A program made the translations under genes and the position numbers. A model generated the notes under the pieces. That model did no database searches. It was not told the origin of the DNA and saw only the letters and a program-made list of their open reading frames with translations. Shown here in pieces: positions 1 through 9,975 of a DNA stretch of 64,000 nt. This DNA comes from Centroscyllium fabricii (Eukaryota): contig JBNRSN020000002.1 in NCBI GenBank assembly GCA_051313645.2, positions 342,984,001 to 343,048,000 of the forward strand, in the 5' to 3' direction. The stretch's first letter is position 1. The number at the start of each line of letters is the position of its first letter.

Positions 1-2581
1 GTATAGGGATAAACATGGACAGGCTTGAATGGTATAGGGATAAACATGGACAGGATTGAATGGTATAGGGATAAACATGGATAGGATTGAATGGTATAGG
101 GATAAGCATGGACAGGATTGAATGTTATAGGGATAAACATGGACAGGATTGAATGGTATAGGGATAAACATGGACAGGATTGAATGGTATAGGGATACGC
201 ATGGACAGGATTGAATGTTATAGGGATAAACATGGACAGGATTGAATGGTATAGGGATAAACATGGACAGGATTGAATGGTATAGGGATAAACATGGACA
301 GGGTTGAATGGTATAGGGATAAACATGGATAGGATTGAATGGTATAGGGATAAACATGGACAGGACTGAATGGTATAGGGATAAACATGGTCAGGATTGA
401 ATGTTATAGGGATAAACATGGACAGGATTGAATGTTATAGGGATAAACATGGCCAGGATGGAATAGTATAGGGGTACACATGGACAGGATTGAATGGTAT
501 AGGGATAAACATGAACAGGATTGAATGTTATAGGGATAAACATGGACAGGATTGAATGGTATAGGGATAAACATGGACAGGATTGAATGGTATAGGGATA
601 AACATGGACAGGATTGAATGTTATAGGGATAAACATGGACAGGATTGAATGGTATAGGGATAAACATGGACAGGATTGAATGGTATAGGGATAAACATGG
701 ATAGGATTGAATGGTATAGGGATAAACATGGTCACGATTGAATGGTATAGGGATAAACATGATCAGGATTGAATAGTATAGGGATAAACACGGGTAGGAT
801 TGAATAGTATAGGGATAAACATGGTCAGGATTGAATGGTATAGGGATAAACAGGGCCAGGATTGAATGGTATAGGGATAAACATGGACAGGATTGAATGT
901 TATAGAGATAAACATGGACAGGATTGAATGTTATAGGGATAAACATTGACAGGATTGAATGGCATAGGGATAAACATGGACAGCATTGAATGGTATAGGG
1001 ATAAACATGGACAGGATTGAATAGTATAGGGATAAACATGGACAGGAATGAATGGTATAGGGATAGACATGGACAGGATTGAATAGTATAGGGATAGACA
1101 TGGACAGGATTGAATGGTATTGGGATAAACATGGACAGGATTGAATGGTATTGGGATAAACATGGACAGGATTGAATGTTATAGGGATAAACATTGACAG
1201 GATTGAATGGCATAGGGATAAACATGGACAGCATTGAATGGTATAGCGATAAACATGGACAGGATTGAATAGTATAGGGATAAACATGGACAGGAATGAA
1301 TGGTATAGGGATAAACAGGGCCAGGATTGAATGGTATAGGGATAAGCATAGTCAGGATTGAATAGTATAGGGATAAACAGGGCCAGGATTGAATGGTATA
1401 GGGATAAACATAGTCAGGATTGAATAGTATAGAGATAAACATGGACAGGGTTGAATGGTATAGGGATAAACATAGTCAGAATTGAATAGTATAGGGATAA
1501 ACATGGACAGGAATGAATGGTATAGGGATAAACACAGGTAGGATTGAATACTATAGGGATAAACATGATCAGGATTGAATAGCATAGGGATAAACATGGA
1601 CAGGATTGAATGGTATAGGGATAAACACAGGTAGGATTGAATACTATAGGGATAAACATGGGCAGGATTGAATAGTATAGGGATAAACATGGACAGTATT
1701 GAATTGTATAGGGATAAACATGGACAGGATTGAATGGTATTGGGATAAACATGGACAGGATTGAATGGTATCGGGATAAACACGGGTAGGATTCAGTGGC
1801 GTAGGGATAAACATGGTCAGGTTTGAATGGTATGGGGATAAACATGGACACGATTGAATAGTATAGGGATAAACATGGACAGGATTGAATGGTATAGGGA
1901 TAAACATGGACAGGATTGAATGGTATAGGGATAAACATGGACAGGATTGAATGGTATAGGGATAAACATGGACAGGATTGAATGGTTTCGGGATAAACAT
2001 TTACAGGATTGAATGGTATAGGGATAAACACGGGTACGATTCAGTGGCGTAGGGATAAACATGGTCAGGTTTGAATGGTATGGGGATAAACATGGACACG
2101 ATTGAATAGTATAGGGATAAACATGGACAGGATTGAATGGTATAGGGATAAACATGGACAGGATTGAATGGTATAGGGATAAACATGGACAGGATTGAAT
2201 GGTATAGGGATAAACATGGACAGGATTGAATGGTATCGGGATAAACATGGACAGGATTGAATGGTATAGGGATAAACATGGACAGGATTGAATGGTATAG
2301 GGATAAACATGGACAGGATTGAATGGTATAGGGATAAACATGGACAGGATTGAATGGTATAGGGATAAACATGGACAGGATTGAATGGTATAGGGATAAA
2401 CATGGACAGGATTGAATGGTATAGGGATAAACATGGACAGGTTTGAATGGTATAGGGATAAACGGACAGGATTGAATGGTATAGAGATAAACACGGGTAG
2501 GATTCAGTGGCGTAGCGATAAACATGGTCAGGATTGAATGTTATTGGGATAAACACGGGTAGGGTTCAGTGGTGTAGGGAT
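1..2581. repeat. 31-bp tandem satellite/minisatellite, about 83 units, continuing off the left edge
   Basis: Consensus unit GTATAGGGATAAACATGGACAGGATTGAATG repeated head-to-tail with point variants; it degenerates near 2550-2581. Confidence 0.97.
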
Positions 2582-3160
2582 GGGCAAAGACTGAGATAAA
2601 TAAGTATTTCATGGGACACAATGGTTTCTATGGTACTTTTCTTGGGAATAGATGATTTGTGGATGGCAGCGCATTTATGGATTAGATGGATATATTATGG
2701 AGTTTCACTTAATTATCTTTGATGATCAGAGGGTATTTGTGGAGAAATTTCACTCGGGATTAAATAGATTGGGTGGATTTACATGGTTTGTGGGAGGAAC
2801 AAGCTTGATGAACCAACTGCGCATTTCTCTTTCATGTTTAAGTACATTTCTTGTACTCTTGCATCTGCTAAATATTTTAAACCAGTTTCCAGGGTCTGAT
2901 TAATTTTACTGTTTTATCAAATGATCCTTTTTTTAAATTGCCTGTGATATTATTTTGAGACTACTATGCTCCTAAATATGGCCATAAAACGTGATGAGGA
3001 ATTGCAGATAGATTTTGGTGAAATCATTACTTAAATATTACTATGTTTGAAATCTTCCTGGACCAAATGTTTTCCTACATGTGCAATAAAAAATGGATTC
3101 CTCCAGTTTACTCTTGCCACATACTCCAAGACAGTAGTGCAAAGAAGTTATCCATTAGGG

Positions 3161-3730
3161 CAGTGGTCCCCAACCTTTTTGCGTTCGCGGCCCGTTTTGG
3201 GGTTGTCAATTTCTTCGCGGACCGGTGGGGGGGTTCTGACGGGGGGGGAGGGTGCTGAAGGAGCATTTTAGCCTCAGCGGGGGGGGATGACGGAGATTTT
3301 CTAGGCTGGCGGGGTAATTAGACTGACCTGCTGGGCTGCTGCCTTGCGTTTGTGAAACGTCTAGCGTCGAAGGTAGGTTCCTAGACACTGCCGCTGCAAT
3401 TCCTTCAGTTGCCAGCGGGCAGCGGCTGGGTCTGTGAGGCGGCGCATGCGTACATTCACAGACCCTGCCGCTGCAATTCCTTCAGTTGCCAGTGGACAGC
3501 GGCTGGGTCTGTGAGGCGGCGCATGCGTAGATTCACAGACCCTGCCGCTGCAATTCCTTCACTTGCCAGCGGGCGGCTCTGTGAGGCGGCGTATGCGCCA
3601 ATCATTAGCCGACGGTCCCAGGCAAGGTCGTTGATTCGGCGCATGCGCGGATTCTCAGAACCGTCCGCAGACCGGTAAAACTGTCCCGCGGCCCAGAGCC
3701 GGTCCGCGGACCGGCGGTTGGAGACCGCTG
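3161..3730. mobile_element. Non-autonomous hAT (Charlie-like) DNA transposon/MITE
   Basis: TIRs CAGTGGTCCCCAACC...GGTTGGAGACCGCTG; perfect 8-bp TSD CATTAGGG at 3153-3160 and 3731-3738; internal 77-bp tandem repeat starting at 3388, 3465 and 3542. Confidence 0.92.
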
Positions 3731-4864
3731 CATTAGGGTGCCGCAGATGCAAGGAATATACTCTTCCAATTGACCAGCCACCTGCTGCACACTCAGACAC
3801 TGTCCCCAGTGCCTGCCCATATGTTTGATGTTCTGAAAGTGTCCTTTTATAAGGAGGAACCGTGAGATAGGCTGTAGCTCCGAAGGGCATCATGTCCTGG
3901 CACTACATTCTTCCTCCCTCTCATTTTTACCGCAAACAACTTCTCGCTTGTGCTCGTATTTCTACCAGTGCATTCCCATCTCTTTTTAATTCCACCAAGG
4001 TGGATTTCTCTGGCCGGATACTTGAGAGGGAATGAGTGAGTGATGGCAACATGCTCTGAAGTGCTAGCAAGGCTAGGTGCAGAGGAGCTTGCTTCTTCTT
4101 CCTCTATTTTTTGTTGGTCCCCTGAGAGTTTAAAATGGATGTGTCATTTTAAGGGTTTCATGATCGAGTTTGCTGGCTGGTAACACATGGTACAAAAGGG
4201 TGAGATGGAAGAGATGCACAATGTCATGCAAAACCTGCAGCTGCCCATCTGTTCTCCTACTTCCACATCGCTGCCTCTCTCGATTGCCTCTCTCTCAAAG
4301 TGCTCTGATGTTTCCTCCACATAGGGAGTGTGAGGGTGGAGGCTGGTTGAGGGATTGATCCTCCACCATGTTGTGCTGGTGGGGGGGTGGGAGTCAGGGG
4401 CGATCAGGATGCTGTGGCGATGGGGAGTGCCCCAGCTCCTCCTGGATCCACAGGAATTTTAAAAAAAAGAAAATCTTCAAAACTAACCTTTTGGTGGCAG
4501 CCAGGAGGTCCCTTCGGGCCACTGCCAACTAGACAAGCTGCGCAATATTCAACTATTTAGAGTGAGTGAGCTGCCTGTGGAAGTATGGAAGGCAGCTCTC
4601 CCAGCTAATGTTAACGAGGCCCAAGGCCAGCCTGAAATTGGGCCTCGGGCCTCCCAGTTAGGGCACAGCTCTGTGTGCAGTGCCCATTTCAGGCCCCAAA
4701 ACAGGTCAAGAGCAATTTCCACACCAATACTTCCCTCCTCTGCTTAATTTCATTGAGAAGCACTTTCAGCATTGAACCTGGGGCCTTGTGTGCTTCCTGC
4801 AGAAATAACATTTTTTTCTGTGTGAAAGCTTTCAGAGCTGTTGCAATTGTGTCTTTTTGGTGTG

Positions 4865-7800
4865 TGTGGTGAACCATTTAGTGTAGTTCACACTGTTATT
4901 ATTGTATATAGTTTGTGTTAATAAAGTTGTTCCTTTCTGTAAGCACCTGGACCAGCTGACCCCACCTCCGGGTATGAGTATAAAGGAGGATGCTCCGCCC
5001 ACCTGACTCTCATTCCGGGCAGGACTCATCGCGGACCAGGTCTTGTTCTTAGCGAATAAAAGCCTTTGATTACGATCCACGAAAGACTGGCGTGATTGAT
5101 TAGCACATCAATTTTATTCGCTAAGATTTACAATGGGTGATGAGCCAGGACAGAGCCAACAGCCAGCTGCACCAGACACCTGGAGATCGATCCTCAAGCC
5201 GAAGACTCTCGACCTCAATCCCCAGGCACCGAACGCTTCGAACGATTTCAAACACTGGCTGAGCTGCTTCGAGTCATTTCTGGTGGTGGCCGGAGTCAGC
5301 GTTACGCACAGAAGACGGGTCCTAGTCTCCTGCGTCAGTGGCAGGCTCTTTGCAATCATCAAGAACGCCACTGACTATGATGCAGCGTTGGAGCTGCTGA
5401 GGGCTCGGTACCTCCAGCCTGTCAACGCCGTCTACGCTCGCCATCTACTCGCCACGCGGAGGCAACAGCCTGGTGAGTCGAACGAGGAGTACCTGGAGGC
5501 TCTACAGGCTCTCGCTCCACGCTGCGAATGTGCACCCGTTAACGCCCAGGAGCACATGGACCTCCTCGTCCGCGATGCCTACGTGGCAGGAATCCGATCG
5601 GCCCCAGCGCGCACCCGCCTGCTCGAGCAGGATGATTTGTCCCTGAACCAGGCGGTGAAGCTTTCCAATGCGGTGGATGGGGCCCTCCGCAGCCTGGGTT
5701 CGTACACGGGGCACGGCTCCCACACGGTTTCCCCAGGGCCTTGTGACTCACGTTTAACGCCCTCGACGGCAACCGTGGCGGCCACGGCGCCATCCGGACA
5801 GCCAGCACCCCTGAAATGCCATTTTTGTGGCCAAAAACGCCACCCACGAAGCTCCTGCCCAGCGAAGTCGGCATCCTGCTCCAGGTGTGGCAAGAAGGGC
5901 CACTTTGCGAAGGTCTGCCGATCGGCCCCGGAATCTACAAATAAAACAGCAGCAGCCTGCCATCTCTACGCCACAGAGTGGCCTCAGGTACCTGGCGCCC
6001 CCCAACAGTTTTTTTCTAAACAACTTTTACCTACCTTGCCTCGGGTGCGGCCTGCCAGCGCCATTTCCAGCGTTCTGCCGTCTTCCTCCATCGCTGAAAC
6101 GTGGTCGCCGTCGCCATCTTTGGGGGGCGTGGCCTTCTTCATGCCTGGAACTCGAACGGGTGGCAGAGGCCCCGCCCCATCACGTGACGCCGCCGTCTCC
6201 CCGCGTCACGTCAGCAGCGGTCCCCCCCATCACGTGCCGAGGACCGAACGGGCGGCAGAGGCCCCGCCCCATCACGGGACGCCACCATCGAAACGCGTCA
6301 CAGCATCAGCGGTCCCGCCCCATCCCGTGACGACGCCATCTTGGTGCAGGACGGCCTGCATACCTACAGCGGAGGGCCCGACGCCATCTTTGTACAGGAA
6401 GATTTTTAAAGCACCGGCTGCTGCAGCAACTAGTAACTTTAAATCTACCTCAGTGGTTCCTGCAGCTGCAACAGACTACTCCAGACCACTTCAGCATTCG
6501 GGTGCTGCTGCTGCGCCACGAGCCCTTCGGTCTTCCCGACGGCATTCTGGGAGACTCACCCACCGGTCCGAAACAACACCGCGGCCCGCCGCGTGCGAAT
6601 CACGGACGCCGCCACCAGCCGCGGACCCTGCATCGCACAAGGGCCCCAGCGCGCACACCACACTTGCCTCTACGGCCCTGAACCCGGCTCTTGCTTTAGC
6701 TACGATGACCACCCGGGTGGAGGGGCACCTCACCTGCTGTCTGTTCGACACTGGGAGTACAGAGAGCTTTATACACCCTGATACAGTGCGCCGTTATTCC
6801 CTCAGGGTTAGGCCCACGCATCGTAAAATCTCCCTCGCCTCCGAGTCCCAGACTGTGGACGTCATCGGCTGCTGTTCAGTCACCATTACCGTGAAGGGGA
6901 CGACATACCGCAATTTTCCACTGTACGTCCTCCCACAGCTCTGTGCCCCTGTGTTGCTTGGCCTGGATTTCCAGTGCCATCTGCAGAGCTTAACGATGGC
7001 GTACGGTGGTCCCCTGCCTCCTCTCATGGTCAGCAGCCATGACTGCCCTGCCTCACAACCACACTCCTCTTGCGGTCTGTCTACCTTGAAGATAGACCCC
7101 CCCTCGCTGTTCGCCAACCTTGACCCTGACTGCAAGCCCATTGCAACCAAGAGTCGGCGATACAGCGCGGGGGACCGCAACTTTATTAAGGCAGAGGTTG
7201 CCCGGTTGTTGCGGGAGGGCATCATCGAGACCAGTAACAGCCCGTGGCGGGCCCAGGTGGTAGGGGTTAAGTCGGGCAACAAGCAGCGCATGGTCATTGA
7301 CTATAGTCAGACCATTAACCGCTACACTGGGCTCGACGCTTATCCGCTTCCTAGGATAAATGATATGGTCAACCAGATTGCCCAGTATAAGGTCTTCTCC
7401 ACCATCGACCTTAAGTCGGCCTATCACCAGCTCCCCATCAGAGCTGAGGACCGTAAATACACTGCCTTTGAGGCAAATGGGCGCCTTTTTCACTTCCTCC
7501 GGGTCCCCTTTGGGGTTACCAATGGAGTTTCGGTCTTCCAACGGGAGATGGACCGAATGGTTGACCAGTACCATTTGCAAGCCACATTCCCGTATTTGGA
7601 CAATGTCACGATCTGCGGCCATGATCAGCAAGATCACAATGCCAATTTGGACAGGTTTCTCCGTACGGCCCAGCGTCTGAACCTCACTTACAATGAGGAT
7701 AAGTGTGTTTTCAACACTAACCGGTTGGCTATCCTCGGCTACGTAATTGAGAACGGGGTCCTCGGTCCTGATCCCGAACGTATGCGCCCCCTTCAGGAGC

Positions 7801-9878
7801 TGCCTCTGCCGCACTCCCCCAAATCTTTGAGGAGATGCCTGGGGTTTTTCTCGTATTATGCACAATGGGTTCCCCATTATGCTGATAAGGCCCGGCCTCT
7901 CCTAGGAGCTACCTCCTTCCTGCTCCCATTAGAGGCCCAAACTGCTTTTTCACATATTAAGCAGGACATCATCAAGGCAACCATGCACGCTATTGATGAG
8001 TCTCTCCCCTTCCAGGTCGAAAGCGACGCCTCAGACTTCGCCCTGGCCGCCACCCTCAACCAGGCAGGCAGGCCCGTTGCTTTCTTCTCCCGTACCCTAC
8101 AGGGCCCTGAAGTCCGCCACTCTTCAGTGGAAAAGGAGGCCCAAGCAATTGTGGAGGCAGTGCGCCACTGGCGCCACTATTTGGCCGGTAAGCGTTTTAC
8201 CCTTCTTACTGACCAGCGGTCAGTAGCGTTTATCTTCCACCATAAACAGAAGGGTAAGATCAAGAATGACAAGATCCTCAGATGGCGGATCGAACTCTCC
8301 GCCTTTGAGTACGATATTCTGTACCGGCCAGGGAAGCTTAACGATCCCCCGGATGCCCTGTCCCGAGGATCGTGTGCCAGCACCCAGTCGGGTAGTCTGA
8401 ACACCCTCCACGCTAATCTCTGCCACCCGGGGGTCACCAGGCTCGCTCACTTCGTCAAATCACGCAATCTCCCTTATTCCATTGCGGAGATCAAGGCGAT
8501 GACGCAGGAGTGCCCTGTCAGTGCTGAGTGCAAGCCCCAGTTTTACAGGCCTGACAGGGCGCACCTCATCAAGGCCACCCGCCCATTCGAGCGCCTGAGT
8601 GTGGACTTCAAAGGTCCCCTCCCCTCTACCAATCGTAACTCGTACATCCTCACTGTGGTCGACGAGTTCTCCCGTTTCCCTTTTGCATTCCCATGCACAG
8701 ATATGACGAGTGCAACAGTGATCACGCTATTCGCCATTTTCGGCCTCCCCGGCTTCGTACACAGCGACCAAGGGTCCTCTTTTATGAGCGACGAACTGCG
8801 TCACTTTCTGCTCGCGAGGGGGGTTGCCTCGAACAGAACGACCAGTTACAACCCCCGGGGGAATGGCCAGGTAGAGCAGTTTAATGGGACCATCTGGAAG
8901 GCCATTTCTCTGGCCCTTCGTTCCAAAGGCCTTCCAACCTCCCACTGGCAGGAGGTCCTCCAGGATGCGCTCCACGCTACTCGTTCCCTTTTGTGTACAG
9001 CTACCGGTTGCACTCCTCACGAGAGACTCTTCTCCTTCCCCAGGAAATCGACTTCGGGGACGTCGCTGCCGACGTGGCTTACCAACCCGGGGCCGGTCCT
9101 GCTTCGTAGACATGTCCGGGGGCACAAGACAGACCCTCTTGTGGAACGTGTGCGCCTGCTGCATGCCAACCCTCAGTACGCTTACGTGGAGTACCCAGAC
9201 GGGCGTGAGGATACCGTCTCGATTAGAGACCTCGCGCCCGCTGGAGACGTTCACGGGGAGTTGTTGCCGGAGCCCTTGCCCTCCTAGGTCGCACTTCCAC
9301 AACAGGGGCCTACTGTTCATTCACCGGCGCACATTACATCGGGGCCCTTGCCACCTACAATGCACGACGGAGTTCATCACGTTGCTCAACCTCCGGCGGC
9401 TGCTACACCTCCACCAGATCTTCCTGCGTATGAACCTACTCTTCCACCGGTGGAGTCCCTGGTCACTTCGGGAGCTCCGTCAGCATCTTTTCCGATTGTG
9501 AGTACTCCCGCTTTTTCTTGTGAATCGCCATTGCTTCGCAGGTCTTCTCGGACTGTTTGACCTCCTCACAGACTGATAACGCAGTGCTGATGTTCGCCCC
9601 GCGGGACTTGTTTTTTAAGGAAGGGGTGAATGTGGTGAACCATTTAGTGTAGTTCACACTGTGTTATTATTGTATATAGTTTGTGTTAATAAAGTTGTTC
9701 CTTTCTGTAAGCACCTGGACCAGCTGACCCCGCCTCCGGGTATGAGTATAAAGGAGGATGCTCTGCCCACCTTACTCTCATTCCGGGCAGGACTCATCGC
9801 GGACCAGGTCTTGTTCTTAGCGAATAAAAGCCTTTGATTACGATCCACGAAAGACTGGCGTGATTGATTAGCGCATCA
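4865..9878 (+). mobile_element. Full-length Ty3/Gypsy LTR retrotransposon (element A, Mag-like gag)
   Basis: LTRs 4865-5110 and 9631-9878 (TG...CA; I count 4 substitutions and one 2-bp indel); 5-bp TSD GTGTG; PPT AAGGAAGGGGTGAA at 9617-9630; single gag-pol ORF. Confidence 0.97.
5133..9287 (+). CDS. Gag-Pol polyprotein of Gypsy element A, 1384 aa
   Basis: Two CCHC knuckles (CHFCGQKRHPRSSC, CSRCGKKGHFAKVC); protease LFDTGS; RT PFGVTNG and YLDN; RNase H ESDAS; integrase SVD/HSD/QVE. The same frame continues past TAG 9285-9287 to an LRRSSR tail near 9560, so this stop is probably premature. Confidence 0.93.
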   Translation: MGDEPGQSQQPAAPDTWRSILKPKTLDLNPQAPNASNDFKHWLSCFESFLVVAGVSVTHRRRVLVSCVSGRLFAIIKNATDYDAALELLRARYLQPVNAVYARHLLATRRQQPGESNEEYLEALQALAPRCECAPVNAQEHMDLLVRDAYVAGIRSAPARTRLLEQDDLSLNQAVKLSNAVDGALRSLGSYTGHGSHTVSPGPCDSRLTPSTATVAATAPSGQPAPLKCHFCGQKRHPRSSCPAKSASCSRCGKKGHFAKVCRSAPESTNKTAAACHLYATEWPQVPGAPQQFFSKQLLPTLPRVRPASAISSVLPSSSIAETWSPSPSLGGVAFFMPGTRTGGRGPAPSRDAAVSPRHVSSGPPHHVPRTERAAEAPPHHGTPPSKRVTASAVPPHPVTTPSWCRTACIPTAEGPTPSLYRKIFKAPAAAATSNFKSTSVVPAAATDYSRPLQHSGAAAAPRALRSSRRHSGRLTHRSETTPRPAACESRTPPPAADPASHKGPSAHTTLASTALNPALALATMTTRVEGHLTCCLFDTGSTESFIHPDTVRRYSLRVRPTHRKISLASESQTVDVIGCCSVTITVKGTTYRNFPLYVLPQLCAPVLLGLDFQCHLQSLTMAYGGPLPPLMVSSHDCPASQPHSSCGLSTLKIDPPSLFANLDPDCKPIATKSRRYSAGDRNFIKAEVARLLREGIIETSNSPWRAQVVGVKSGNKQRMVIDYSQTINRYTGLDAYPLPRINDMVNQIAQYKVFSTIDLKSAYHQLPIRAEDRKYTAFEANGRLFHFLRVPFGVTNGVSVFQREMDRMVDQYHLQATFPYLDNVTICGHDQQDHNANLDRFLRTAQRLNLTYNEDKCVFNTNRLAILGYVIENGVLGPDPERMRPLQELPLPHSPKSLRRCLGFFSYYAQWVPHYADKARPLLGATSFLLPLEAQTAFSHIKQDIIKATMHAIDESLPFQVESDASDFALAATLNQAGRPVAFFSRTLQGPEVRHSSVEKEAQAIVEAVRHWRHYLAGKRFTLLTDQRSVAFIFHHKQKGKIKNDKILRWRIELSAFEYDILYRPGKLNDPPDALSRGSCASTQSGSLNTLHANLCHPGVTRLAHFVKSRNLPYSIAEIKAMTQECPVSAECKPQFYRPDRAHLIKATRPFERLSVDFKGPLPSTNRNSYILTVVDEFSRFPFAFPCTDMTSATVITLFAIFGLPGFVHSDQGSSFMSDELRHFLLARGVASNRTTSYNPRGNGQVEQFNGTIWKAISLALRSKGLPTSHWQEVLQDALHATRSLLCTATGCTPHERLFSFPRKSTSGTSLPTWLTNPGPVLLRRHVRGHKTDPLVERVRLLHANPQYAYVEYPDGREDTVSIRDLAPAGDVHGELLPEPLPS

Positions 9879-9975
9879 GTGTGCTGCCTTTAAATCCTGC
9901 AGCACCACGCAAGGTTGAGCTAACGAATGGCGAGCTCCCAGTGATTGGCCTTCCTGATGCAGGAGGTTGTCATAC

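Noticed and set aside
391-2556. Many long minus-strand ORFs with MFIPIPFNPVHVYPY repeats
   Set aside because: Artefact of a 31-bp unit whose reverse strand has no stop codon in any frame; no splice or start context.
1-2581. CRISPR-like array; similarity of TAGGGATAA to the I-SceI/rRNA motif and of GGACAGGATTGA to 18S rRNA
   Set aside because: There are no unique spacers, the context is eukaryotic, and the 9-12-nt matches do not extend.
4865-9878. Endogenous retrovirus with env
   Set aside because: There is no env-sized ORF between integrase and the PPT, and the RT, integrase and gag motifs are Gypsy-type.
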